DNA of 64,000 nucleotides, taken from NCBI GenBank assembly GCA_035632695.1, contig DASQGG010000027.1, positions 2,073-66,072 on the forward strand, written 5' to 3'. Source of the DNA: Thermoplasmata archaeon. Its GTDB lineage: Archaea > Thermoplasmatota > Thermoplasmata > RBG-16-68-12. Position numbers and translations under genes: made by a program. Below, in pieces: positions 1 through 9,223 of this stretch. Numbering within the stretch: the stretch's first letter is position 1; the number at the start of each line of letters is the position of its first letter. The notes beneath the pieces are model-generated. The model saw only the letters and a program-made list of their open reading frames with translations. It did not search any database and had not been told where the DNA came from.

Positions 1-469
1 GATCCCCCACGACCTCGTGCTCACGGGCGTCCAGTCGGACGATCTCGTGAACTCCGCGAGCGGTGCACTCCTCGCGTCCCGCCTCGGCTTGCCCCACGTG
101 AGCGTCGCGACGAAGGTCGAGCTCCAAGGCGGCGGCATCGAGGTGTGGAGCGAGCTGGAGGGCGGCCTCTCCCGGCGCTACCGCGCTCCGCTCCCCGCGG
201 CCGTGTCGATCCAGTTCGGGGCCAACGTGCCCCGGTATGCGCCTCTCCCCGCGATCATGAAGGCTTCGCGGCAGCCGATCAAGGAGATCGCCCCCGCGGC
301 CCTCGGGGTGGCGAGCTGGGACGCGCTCGCGGTGCCCTATGCCTTTGCGATCCGCAGGCTCTCGCCGCCCGAGGCGAAGGGCCACGCGACGATGATCACG
401 GGGAGCGCCGAGGAGCAGGCGAAGAAGCTCGCCCAGATGCTCCGCGAAAAGGGCTTCGTGCGGAGGTGA
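1..469 (+). CDS. etfB: Electron transfer flavoprotein beta subunit (5' truncated by window edge)
   Basis: DLVLTGVQSDD motif, PRYAPLPAIMKA C-terminal motif; directly upstream of etfA. Confidence 0.9.
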   Translation, partial: IPHDLVLTGVQSDDLVNSASGALLASRLGLPHVSVATKVELQGGGIEVWSELEGGLSRRYRAPLPAAVSIQFGANVPRYAPLPAIMKASRQPIKEIAPAALGVASWDALAVPYAFAIRRLSPPEAKGHATMITGSAEEQAKKLAQMLREKGFVRR

Positions 470-473
470 GAAC

Positions 474-1442
474 GTGGGCAAGGACATTCTCATCCTGGCG
501 GAGCACCTCGAGGGGAAGCTCGCCCCCTCGACCCTGGAGCTTGTCGCGAAGGGACGCGAGCTCGCTTCCCAGTCCGGTGGCGTAGCGAGGGCCGCCCTCT
601 TGGGTCACGGCGCCGGGGGCCTCGCGCAGACCATGGCCGGGTACGGACTCCCGGTCCTCCACATCGACGATCCCGCGCTCGCGGAGTACACGGACGACGG
701 ATACGGTCAGGCACTCCGGAGCCTGGTCGAGTCGAACGGACCGCGGATTGTGCTCGTCGCGCACACGGCCCAGGGCTACGACGTCGCCCCCGGCCTCGCC
801 GGTGCGATGGATCTCCCCCTGGCGTCCAACTGCATCGACGTGCGCCTCGAAGGCCAGAAGCTTGTCGTCGTGCGACGCTTGCTCAACGAGAAGATCCAGG
901 GGGAGTTCGAGCTCGCCTCCGAGAAGCCGTACGTGGTGACGCTTCGCCCCGGCACGGCGAAGCCCGCGGAGCCCGCGCCGGGCGGCAGTGTGATCCCCAC
1001 GCCGATTTCGATCGAGACGTCGAAGATCCGGACCGTGTTCCTGGGCATCGAACGGCCTCAGGTCTCCGACATCGACATCGCCGCAGCAGATGTGATCGTC
1101 TCCGCGGGCCGCGGCATCCAGAAGAAGGAGAACCTTCCCATGGTCGAGGAGTTCGCGAAGCTCCTCGGGGGCGTCGTCGGCGCCTCCCGCCCGCTGACCG
1201 ACATGGAATGGCTCCCGAAGACACGGCAGGTCGGTCAGAGCGGGAAGACCGTGCGGCCCAAGCTCTACGTCGCGTGCGGGATCAGCGGCGCGATGCAGCA
1301 CGTCGCGGGGATGAAGGACGCCGGTCTGATCGTCGCGATTAACACGGACCCCAGCGCGCCGATCTTCGAAGTCGCCCATGTCGGGATTGTGGGGAACGTG
1401 CTCCAGATCCTTCCCCTGGCGATCAAGGATCTCAAGGGTTGA
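474..1442 (+). CDS. etfA: Electron transfer flavoprotein alpha subunit
   Basis: VSAGRG, GASRP, QVGQSGKTVRPKLYVACGISGAMQH, AINTDPSAPIF motifs; GGAGGTGA SD before GTG. Confidence 0.95.
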   Translation: MGKDILILAEHLEGKLAPSTLELVAKGRELASQSGGVARAALLGHGAGGLAQTMAGYGLPVLHIDDPALAEYTDDGYGQALRSLVESNGPRIVLVAHTAQGYDVAPGLAGAMDLPLASNCIDVRLEGQKLVVVRRLLNEKIQGEFELASEKPYVVTLRPGTAKPAEPAPGGSVIPTPISIETSKIRTVFLGIERPQVSDIDIAAADVIVSAGRGIQKKENLPMVEEFAKLLGGVVGASRPLTDMEWLPKTRQVGQSGKTVRPKLYVACGISGAMQHVAGMKDAGLIVAINTDPSAPIFEVAHVGIVGNVLQILPLAIKDLKG

Positions 1443-1615
1443 AGCCCCCGGCGACCGCCCGTAGCGTTCATCCAGATGCACAGACCCTAATCGTGATCGT
1501 GCGATGAGACCGCGGATTCAAGCAAGGACATGGTCCCGAAATCAACCTTGTTTAAGGTTGCATCGGACGACCGCGAAACCTTTTCTCCCGTGGTGCCCTC
1601 CGTGGCTCGCAGCCC

Positions 1616-1903
1616 ATGGCTCGTCGTCGGCTTCTGTCCGAGAGTGAGGTCCGCGCACGCCTCGCCGAAATCCCAACGTGGAAGCGTCAGGGCAAGCGAA
1701 TCGTGCGGGCGTGGACCTTCAAGGATTTTCCCGAAGCCCTCGCGTTCATCAATCGCGTCGGGCGACTCGCCGAGGAGGCGAACCACCACCCCGACATCGA
1801 AAACTCATGGGCCACGGTCACCCTGAGCCTCACCACGCACGATGCGCGCGGACTCACGGATCGTGATTTCGACCTCGCGCGGAAGATTGACGGTCTGTCG
1901 TGA
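1616..1903 (+). CDS. Pterin-4-alpha-carbinolamine dehydratase
   Basis: FKDFPEALAF, AEEANHHPDI, LTTHDARGLTDRDFDLA motifs. Confidence 0.9.
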   Translation: MARRRLLSESEVRARLAEIPTWKRQGKRIVRAWTFKDFPEALAFINRVGRLAEEANHHPDIENSWATVTLSLTTHDARGLTDRDFDLARKIDGLS

Positions 1904-1920
1904 CGCGGCCCGACGGAATT

Positions 1921-1960
1921 TTCGACCGTTGTACAAGAACTTCGACCGTCGTACAAGATT
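1921..1960. repeat. Tandem 20-bp imperfect direct repeat abutting a TATA-like box
   Basis: TTCGACCGTTGTACAAGAAC / TTCGACCGTCGTACAAGATT followed by CCTTAAGG. Confidence 0.85.
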
Positions 1961-2015
1961 CCTTAAGGTCAAGGGCTCCGGTCCGCGCTCGCCCAAACAA
2001 CTGGAGGGGCGAAGA

Positions 2016-2462
2016 ATGCGGAAGGCAAGGTATGTTGCGGTCGCGATTGTCGCGGCGCTAGCTTTGCTCGTAGGAGTCTTCGCTTATCCTGTGGTGGCCG
2101 GGATTCATCCCCTCGCGGCCGGCACCGGAACGCCGGCGACCGCGGGCCACTCCAGGACGGCGGACGACTCCCCGGGCAACGAAACGAACGAAACGGAAAC
2201 GGGCGACCACCAGGTCAATGAAACGGAGAACGAGACGGGTTCGGCCCCGTCCGGCTCGGACGTCAACGACACGGAGAACGACACGGGAAGCGTCTCCGGC
2301 GACCAGGGTGCGACCGGCTCGGGCGAGGACGGTTCGAGTGGCGCGTCGGGCGTCGATGTCTCGGCGATCGAGAACTCGATCGTGTCTGCGACGGACTCTC
2401 TCGCGGCCGAGCTCGTCTCGGGTGCACGACTTGTGGTCTCGGCGAGCTTGAGCTCGCTCTGA
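2016..2462 (+). CDS. Secreted or membrane-anchored acidic low-complexity protein
   Basis: GGAGG SD then ATG 2016; basic N-terminus plus hydrophobic helix; six N-x-T sequons. Confidence 0.7.
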   Translation: MRKARYVAVAIVAALALLVGVFAYPVVAGIHPLAAGTGTPATAGHSRTADDSPGNETNETETGDHQVNETENETGSAPSGSDVNDTENDTGSVSGDQGATGSGEDGSSGASGVDVSAIENSIVSATDSLAAELVSGARLVVSASLSSL

Positions 2463-2502
2463 GGTGCATCACCGCTCCGACCGAGAACGGCTGCACGAAG
2501 CG

Positions 2503-2537
2503 ATAGGGGATCGCCCTCCCATCCGGCAGTCCCCTAT
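2503..2537. terminator. Possible stem-loop between convergent genes
   Basis: ATAGGGGA...TCCCCTAT inverted repeat. Confidence 0.3.
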
Positions 2538-4630
2538 ACGGATTTTTCCAGAATCTCCGCGATGTCCATCCGCGCGAGGTCTTCGCGGTTCTTCGTCTTC
2601 GCCGCGTCGTCGAACATGATCAGGCAGTACGGGCACGCGGACGCCACGGTCTTGGCGCCCGTCTCCATCACTTGGTCGAGGCGGTGGTGGTTCACCTTCT
2701 CCCCGACCTTCTCCTCCATCCACATCCTCGCGCCGCCCGCGCCGCAGCAGAACCCGCGGTCGCGGCACATCTTCATCTCCACGCTCCGCACCCCGGGCAG
2801 CCGCAGGAGGACGTCCCTCGGCTCGTCGTACACCTTGTTGTACCGACCCAGGTAGCAGGCGTCGTGGAACGTGAGGAATTCCTCGACGTCCTTCGTGGGC
2901 GTGAGCTTGCCTTCCTTGAGGAGTCCATCGAGGAAGACGGAGTGGTGGACGACCTCATACTTCCCGCCGAAGTCGGGATACTCGTTCTTCAGTGTGTTGA
3001 AGCAGTGGGGGCACGCGGTCACGATCGTCTTGATCGCGTATCGGTTCAGCGTCTCCACGTTCGCCTTGATCATCATCTGCGCGCGGAACTCGTCTCCGAG
3101 CCGCCGGGCGGGGTCGCCCGTGCATTTCTCCTCAGGTCCCAGGATGGCGAACTGCACCCCCGCCTTCTGGAGGAGACGGGAAAACGATTGGGCGACCTTC
3201 ATGTTCCGGTCGTCGAACGAGGCCGCGCAGCCCACCCAGTACAGGACGTCGACCGTCTCGCCCGCCGCAACGACCTCGGAGAGGGTCCTCACGCCCACCT
3301 CGGCGGCCCAATTCCCCCGCCGGTCCCACCCGATCCCCCATGGGTTGTAGTTCGTCTCGATGTTCCGCAGCATGGCCTGGGTCTCCTCAGGCATCTTCCC
3401 GATCTCCAGGACGAAGTTGCGGCGCAGCTCGACGATCAGGGGCACGTGGCGGATGGAGACGGGGCACTCCTGCATGCAGGCCATGCACGTCGTGCAATCG
3501 AAGAGCTCCTCATACCCGACGAACTCCGGGAGCGGTTCGCCGAGGGGCTTCTTCCGTGCCTCCCGGACCATGGCGTCCCGCAGGTCGAGGACCACGTGCA
3601 TGGGGTCCAGCGGTTTGCCCGTGCTCCACGCCGGACACACGGACGTGCAACGGCCGCAGATCGTGCAGGCGTCGAGCTGGAGCCGGTCGAACCAGGAGAG
3701 GGCCTTCGTGGAGGCCGCTCCGAGCTTGGGCGGCGCGGCGCCCTCCTGCATCATCACATCGATGTCGAAGTCCTTGGGCAGGTGACCGTAGGGCTCCGCG
3801 GTCTCGTAGAACGTCCGCGCGGGGCTGAACAGGAAGTGGCTGGCCTTCGTCCACGGCAGGGTCGCCAGGACGAACGACCAGGTGCCCGCGTGGAACCACC
3901 AGAGGGCGCCGTACGCCCAGCCCAGCGCGGGCGCCGGGGTGATCGTGACCGCGGCCGACGTGACCGTAACCGTCACGAGGCTCCCGTTCACGCCCGCGGC
4001 GCGGAGGAGGAGCGACAGCCCGTACCCGACGAAGGACCATTCCTCCCACTGGGGCTGGAGGACCGCGAGCCGGATCGCCTCGAGCAGGTACCCTTGGAGG
4101 ATGAGGAGGCACAGGACGCCGGGCAGGAACAGGTCCGGCCGCTCGTTCCGAAGATACTTCGGCCGCTGGGCGAGCCGGCGGAAGAACACCATGCCGAGCC
4201 CGACGAGGAAGGCGAGCCCCATGAAGTCCAGGGCCACCTTGAAGATCAGGTACGGGTTGCCGCGGAGGATGTCCAGGTTCACGTGGGACGTCACATCGAG
4301 GTTCACGGCGACGATCGTGGTGCCGATGCCGAGGGCGATGAAGCCCGTGTAGAGCAGGATGTGCATGACGCCCGCGTACCGCCGCCGGGCGACCTTCTTC
4401 TGGAAGAGGGCGATGACCAGAAGCCGCTGGACGTGGAGCCAAAGGGACGCGCCCGTGCTGCCCGCGGCTCCGCGTTTCCAGATTCGCCAACGGTCCCAAA
4501 GGCCGTACGCTGTGATCAGGAGCGCGACGCCCGTGACGGCGTAGATCGCGAACAGGGTCCAGTCCGGGAGGAAGTTGAAGTTCGTCCGGCACGGAAGGGT
4601 TCCGGTGGGGTCGCAGGCGGGGAGCGGCAT
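2534..4630 (-). CDS. Membrane-bound Fe-S oxidoreductase (NarI-like TM domain, 2x[4Fe-4S], two CCG domains; FadF/EtfD-like)
   Basis: TM helices with His residues, CTICGRCTSVCP, CTTCMACMQECP, YWVGC, TACPHC, FHDACYLGR, CCGAGG, ACPYC. Confidence 0.85.
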   Translation of the reverse strand: MPLPACDPTGTLPCRTNFNFLPDWTLFAIYAVTGVALLITAYGLWDRWRIWKRGAAGSTGASLWLHVQRLLVIALFQKKVARRRYAGVMHILLYTGFIALGIGTTIVAVNLDVTSHVNLDILRGNPYLIFKVALDFMGLAFLVGLGMVFFRRLAQRPKYLRNERPDLFLPGVLCLLILQGYLLEAIRLAVLQPQWEEWSFVGYGLSLLLRAAGVNGSLVTVTVTSAAVTITPAPALGWAYGALWWFHAGTWSFVLATLPWTKASHFLFSPARTFYETAEPYGHLPKDFDIDVMMQEGAAPPKLGAASTKALSWFDRLQLDACTICGRCTSVCPAWSTGKPLDPMHVVLDLRDAMVREARKKPLGEPLPEFVGYEELFDCTTCMACMQECPVSIRHVPLIVELRRNFVLEIGKMPEETQAMLRNIETNYNPWGIGWDRRGNWAAEVGVRTLSEVVAAGETVDVLYWVGCAASFDDRNMKVAQSFSRLLQKAGVQFAILGPEEKCTGDPARRLGDEFRAQMMIKANVETLNRYAIKTIVTACPHCFNTLKNEYPDFGGKYEVVHHSVFLDGLLKEGKLTPTKDVEEFLTFHDACYLGRYNKVYDEPRDVLLRLPGVRSVEMKMCRDRGFCCGAGGARMWMEEKVGEKVNHHRLDQVMETGAKTVASACPYCLIMFDDAAKTKNREDLARMDIAEILEKSV

Positions 4631-4708
4631 TCCAGACTCCTACCTGGGGATCCTCGACGCCTCCGAGGGCCTCCGTAGACGCCCGCGCGACGAAGGTCGT
4701 GACGCTAT

Positions 4709-5437
4709 TTAATCTCGCGCGGCGGGCCGCGCCACCAAGACGAGCTTCCGCCGGTCCGGGGACACGGCCTCGCGGGCCCAACCGCCGTAGAGACCCTCCA
4801 CGGTCCATCCCGCGTCCTCCACGAGTCGCCGCGCCTCGTGGGGGGCCAGGAGTTTGAGCCGCGCGGACGACTCACCCCGGAATCGCAGATCGCTCCCCTC
4901 GCGCCGGTAGAAGCGCCAGCGGAGTCCGAGGACACCGGACAGGGCGTCGAAGGTCCGGAACTCGTGCTGCTCGAGATCGCCGACGACGTGGTAGGCGAAG
5001 GGCCGGGGGCGCGATGCGAAGAAGTCCCGGTGGAGGAAGTCCACCACGAGGACGCCGCCGGGGTTGAGGTGGCCGCGCAGGCGGGCAAGAAGATCTCGGT
5101 CGTCCTCGGGAGGCTCGCGGCTCAGGGCATGGTCCAGGCAGAGGACCGCGTCGAACCGCTCGGAGACCGGCGGGCCCGGCATGGTCTCCTTGGAGGCCGC
5201 GCGGTACGTGAGGCGCCCCTTCCATGCCGCGGGCACTCGTCGCTGCAAGGCGTCGATCGCGACCTCGTTGGCGTCCACGGCCGTGACCCGGAACCCGTGC
5301 TCCGCCAGGTCGAATGCCCGCCGGCCGATCCCGCAGGGCGCGTCGAGAATCCGCGCCCCCGCGGGAACGCCCACGGCGGCAAGGAAGCCCGCCAGCTCCT
5401 CGGTCTCCCGACCCGGCGAGTGACGTGTGGGCGGCAC
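4709..5437 (-). CDS. Class I SAM-dependent methyltransferase
   Basis: ILDAPCGIGR motif I; adjacent to the stop of the upstream paralog. Confidence 0.8.
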   Translation of the reverse strand: MPPTRHSPGRETEELAGFLAAVGVPAGARILDAPCGIGRRAFDLAEHGFRVTAVDANEVAIDALQRRVPAAWKGRLTYRAASKETMPGPPVSERFDAVLCLDHALSREPPEDDRDLLARLRGHLNPGGVLVVDFLHRDFFASRPRPFAYHVVGDLEQHEFRTFDALSGVLGLRWRFYRREGSDLRFRGESSARLKLLAPHEARRLVEDAGWTVEGLYGGWAREAVSPDRRKLVLVARPAARD

Positions 5438-6226
5438 TCACTTCCTCCCGACGATGGCGAGGCTCGGGGCATCGAAGCTGGGGTCGTCCATCTTGAGCCC
5501 TCCGAAGGTCGCTTCCACCTGCCAGCCTCCGCGCTCGAACAGGGAACGGAGTTCATGGAGGCTGTAAATGCGGTGCTCGGCCCCGATCGCGGCGATTCCC
5601 TCGAGGTCCTCGTCCTTCTTGCGGAAGAACCGCCACCGGTTGCGCATCCAGGAGGCATCCAGATCGAGATGGCGGTCCTCGATGTGGACCAGGTCCCCGA
5701 ACTCCTCCCAGCCTTGGGGATCGAAATGACGCACGACCCAGTCCCGGTTCACGATGAACAGGACGAACAGCCCTCCGGGCCGGACCAGGTCCGCGTATCC
5801 GCGCAGGATCGCAGCGTCCGCGTCCTCGCCGTAGTAGCCCAAGGAGGTCCAAAGGTTGATTGCGGCATCGAACGGGCGTTCCTCCGGGGCGACGCTTCGG
5901 ACGAGGTCGCGCATGTCTCCCACGCGGTAGATCGCCCGGTCCGCGACGCCCTCCCGTTCCGCCAACTCCTGGGCCCGTCGCACGTACGCCGGAGACAGGT
6001 CCACGCCCAGGGTGCGGTAGCCCATCTTGGCCAGGCGCGTCGAGTGCCGACCGATGCCGCAGGGTACGTCCAGGATGCGTCCCCCCGTGGGAACCCCGAA
6101 GCGGTCGAAGAGGGCTTTGAGGTCCTGGGCCTGCCCCGCTCCTGCCTCCCATCCGTGCTCGTGGATGCGGAGGAAGATCTCGTCGTGGTCGAGGAAGAGC
6201 CTCGTCGTCCAGTGGTCCTCCGGCAC
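5438..6226 (-). CDS. Class I SAM-dependent methyltransferase
   Basis: ILDVPCGIGRH, GVDLS, GDMRDL, FDAAINLWTSLGY; GTG 6226 lies about 25 bp below a TTATA box. Confidence 0.85.
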   Translation of the reverse strand: MPEDHWTTRLFLDHDEIFLRIHEHGWEAGAGQAQDLKALFDRFGVPTGGRILDVPCGIGRHSTRLAKMGYRTLGVDLSPAYVRRAQELAEREGVADRAIYRVGDMRDLVRSVAPEERPFDAAINLWTSLGYYGEDADAAILRGYADLVRPGGLFVLFIVNRDWVVRHFDPQGWEEFGDLVHIEDRHLDLDASWMRNRWRFFRKKDEDLEGIAAIGAEHRIYSLHELRSLFERGGWQVEATFGGLKMDDPSFDAPSLAIVGRK

Positions 6227-6277
6227 GCGCCGGCGATGGCCGCTGCGCGTATAAGTCCGTGCGGACACTTGCCATGG

Positions 6278-6706
6278 TCACGGCTTCGGTTTCGGGAAGG
6301 GCCGCACGATCCCCTTGGGGTCCTGCTCCCGGATGCGGCGGACGATTGCAGGCAAGTCGTCCGCGGCGTATGCCTCGTCGTAGGAGGCGGCCGGGAGATC
6401 CGGGAGTTCGTGCCCCGGAGCGATCACGATGAGGACGATCTCGGGCGAATGCTGGTCCAGGAACGCGGCGAGGAGGTCCCATCGGGGCGCCTGGCCGTCT
6501 GCCGTCTCGAGGGGCTCGATGAGGAACAGGATGGGTCCCCGCCGCGCGACGAGGTCGGGATCGTACTGGGCGAACTCGCCCGACGCGAGTCGAACGCGGA
6601 AGTGCAGGGACCGGTGTTCGTGGGCGACGCCCTGGGACCGCAGCTCCGCGCACAGGGCCGCCTCCAGGGTCGAGCGGCTCGCGTGCGGTTCTGGCGCGGC
6701 CACCAC
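6278..6706 (-). CDS. Hypothetical protein, possible degenerate PD-(D/E)xK nuclease fold
   Basis: RSTLE...GVAHEH...YDPDL...LIEPL pattern; starts right after the icd stop. Confidence 0.55.
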   Translation of the reverse strand: MVAAPEPHASRSTLEAALCAELRSQGVAHEHRSLHFRVRLASGEFAQYDPDLVARRGPILFLIEPLETADGQAPRWDLLAAFLDQHSPEIVLIVIAPGHELPDLPAASYDEAYAADDLPAIVRRIREQDPKGIVRPFPKPKP

Positions 6707-6707
6707 C

Positions 6708-7964
6708 TCACGCCGTCTGGAGGCGCTCCACGATGGCGGACGCGAAGGCGGTCGTGCCAACCTGCTTGGACCCGGGCATCTGCCGCGCGAGGTCGTACGT
6801 GACGACCTTGGCGCCGATGGTCGCCTTGACGGCCTCGCGTAGGCGGGTGGCGGCCTCGTTCCAACCCATGTACTCGAGCATCATGACCCCGGCGAGGATC
6901 TCCGCGGTCGGGTTGACCTTGTCCATCCCCGCGTACTTCGGCGCGCTGCCGTGGATGGGCTCGAAGAGCGCGTGCGCGTCCCCGATGTTCGCGCCCGGGG
7001 CGACGCCGAGCCCGCCGACTTGGGCCGCGGCGGCGTCGCTCAGGTAGTCCCCGTTCAGGTTCGTCGTCGCGAGGACGTCGTACTCGTCGGGTCGGAGGAG
7101 GAGCTGCTGGAACATGTTGTCCGCGATCACATCCTTGATCAGGACCTTCCCCTCCGGGACCTTGCCGTCGTGCGTCTCCTGGACCTCCTGCCAGGAAACC
7201 GTGTCGTTGGGGAACTCCGTCCGCGCGAGCTCGTAGCCCCACTCGCGGAAGGCGCCCTCCGTGTACTTCATGATGTTCCCCTTGTGGACCAGGGTCACGG
7301 AGCGACGGCGGTTCTCGATCGCGTACCGAATCGCTTTCCGGATCAGGCGTTTGGACTCGAACTCGCTGATAGGCTTCAAGCCGATGCCGCTGTCCTCCCG
7401 TACGTGGACGTTGAACTGATCCTTGAGCGTCCCGATCAACCGCTTCGCCTCCGGGGAGCCCTTGGCCCACTCGATGCCCGCGTACACGTCCTCCTCGGCC
7501 TCCCGGTAGATCACGATGTCGAGCCGCTCCGGGTGGGTCACGGGGCTGGGCACGCCCGGCATCCAGTAAATCGGCCGGACGTTCGCGTACAGGTCCAGGG
7601 TCTGCCGCAGGGTCACGTTGAGGGAGCGGAACCCTCCGCCCACGGGCGTCGTGAGCGGCCCCTTGAGCGCGATCACATACTCCCTGATCGCCGCGAGTGT
7701 CGCGGCGGGCAACATGTCCCCATAGCGAAACAGGGCGGTCTCCCCCGCGGGCACCGGGTACCACGCGATTCGCCGCCGACCGTGGAACGTGGTCTCGACC
7801 GCGGCGTCGACGACCGTGCGCGCGGCCCTCGTCACGTCGGGTCCGATGCCATCTCCCTCGATGAGCGGGATGATCGGATCGTCCGGGATGCGGAGGCCCG
7901 CCTCCGTGATCAGGATCTTGTGGCCCTGGGACGGGGGCGTCAGCTTGAGGGATTCGATGGGCAC
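6708..7964 (-). CDS. icd: NADP-dependent isocitrate dehydrogenase
   Basis: IEGDGIGPD, KGPLTTPVGGGFRSLNVTLRQ, VHKGNIMKYTEGAF, NLNGDYLSDA, HGSAPKYAG. Confidence 0.96.
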   Translation of the reverse strand: MPIESLKLTPPSQGHKILITEAGLRIPDDPIIPLIEGDGIGPDVTRAARTVVDAAVETTFHGRRRIAWYPVPAGETALFRYGDMLPAATLAAIREYVIALKGPLTTPVGGGFRSLNVTLRQTLDLYANVRPIYWMPGVPSPVTHPERLDIVIYREAEEDVYAGIEWAKGSPEAKRLIGTLKDQFNVHVREDSGIGLKPISEFESKRLIRKAIRYAIENRRRSVTLVHKGNIMKYTEGAFREWGYELARTEFPNDTVSWQEVQETHDGKVPEGKVLIKDVIADNMFQQLLLRPDEYDVLATTNLNGDYLSDAAAAQVGGLGVAPGANIGDAHALFEPIHGSAPKYAGMDKVNPTAEILAGVMMLEYMGWNEAATRLREAVKATIGAKVVTYDLARQMPGSKQVGTTAFASAIVERLQTA

Positions 7965-8019
7965 GGGATCGCCGCCTCGGCAACGAGGGCGCGTTTCTTA
8001 ATGCTACCGTGTGACGCGG

Positions 8020-9186
8020 TCACGCGCGCTGCTCAATCGGCACGTACACGTTGTCCGTCGGCCCGATGTAGTAGTCGAGGGGCCGCACGAGGCGGTTGTC
8101 CTCCCAGTACTCGATCACGTGCGCCGTCCAGCCCGAGATCCTGGAGACGGCAAAGATCGGTGTGAAGAGGTCCGCGGGGATTCCCAGGAGATGGTACGTG
8201 AGCCCGGAATAGAAGTCCACGTTCGGGTAGACGTGCTTGGCCGACAGTTCGCGCACGACCGTATCCTGGACGATCTCCGCGATGCGGAACAGGTCCTCCT
8301 CGCCCCGCAGCTCGCTGAGCTTACGCGCGTAGTCCCGCAGGATCAGGGCGCGGGGATCCCAGGTCTTGTAGACCCGGTGTCCGAACCCGAAGATCTTGCC
8401 GTGGTTCTGGAGCGTGTTCAACACGTAGGCTTCCGCGTTCTCCGGCTTCCCGATCGCGAGCATGGTCTTCAGGGCGGCCTCGTTCGCGCCTCCGTGAAGG
8501 GGTCCCTTGAGGGTGGCGATCGCGGCGACGATCGTGCTGTACAGGTCCGCGAGGGTGGACGCGGCCACCGTGGCGGCGAAGGCGGACGCGTTCATGCTGT
8601 GGTCCGCGTGGAGGATCAAGGCGACGTCCATCACCTTCGCGGAGAGCCGGTCCGGCCGCTTGCCCGTGAGCATCCGCAGGAAGTCGTCCGCGATGCCCAG
8701 GCTCGGGTCCGGCGGCACCGGTCGTTTTCCCTCCCGGATCCGGTTCGCCGTCGCGACCAGGGTCGGCAGCTTCCCGATCAGCCGCTGGGCCTTCCGCATG
8801 TTCGCGGCGCGGGTGGGGTCGTCCCGCTCCTTGTCGAAGTTGCTGACATAGGAGACCGCCGTCCGGAGCACGTCGATCGGCGGAGCGTCGGCCGGCATGC
8901 ACCGCAGGAGCTTCACGACCTCCGGACCGATGGTCCGGTTCTCCGCGAACGCCTGCGTTGCCTCGGCGAGCTCCGTCTTGGTCGGCAGCCGACCGTGGAT
9001 CAGGATGTAGACGGTCTCCTCGAAGCTGGAGTGCACGGCAAGGTCCCGGATGTCCCAGCCTCGGTACAGGAGGCGGCCCTTGATGCCGTCGACGAGGCAG
9101 ATGGACGACTCCTTGACGTAGACATCGTCGAGACCCTTCTCGATCTTCGGCTTCGCCTCGACCGTCGGCTTCTCGGTCATGCTCAT
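8020..9186 (-). CDS. gltA: Citrate (or 2-methylcitrate) synthase
   Basis: LLYRGW, LHADHSMNAS, GPLHGGANE, GFGHRVYK, PNVDFYSG, SRISGW. Confidence 0.93.
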   Translation of the reverse strand: MSMTEKPTVEAKPKIEKGLDDVYVKESSICLVDGIKGRLLYRGWDIRDLAVHSSFEETVYILIHGRLPTKTELAEATQAFAENRTIGPEVVKLLRCMPADAPPIDVLRTAVSYVSNFDKERDDPTRAANMRKAQRLIGKLPTLVATANRIREGKRPVPPDPSLGIADDFLRMLTGKRPDRLSAKVMDVALILHADHSMNASAFAATVAASTLADLYSTIVAAIATLKGPLHGGANEAALKTMLAIGKPENAEAYVLNTLQNHGKIFGFGHRVYKTWDPRALILRDYARKLSELRGEEDLFRIAEIVQDTVVRELSAKHVYPNVDFYSGLTYHLLGIPADLFTPIFAVSRISGWTAHVIEYWEDNRLVRPLDYYIGPTDNVYVPIEQRA

Positions 9187-9223
9187 GTCACGCGCCCCCC
9201 TTAGGCGGCGGGGACCACAGGCC

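Noticed and set aside
1921..1960. Possible CRISPR mini-array
   Set aside because: Only two adjacent 20-bp units with no spacer, and no cas genes in the window
2672..6802. Long plus-strand ORFs (668 aa, 654 aa) and many similar ORFs window-wide
   Set aside because: Antisense or alternate-frame shadows of well-supported genes in GC-rich DNA; Arg/Pro/Gly-rich with no motifs
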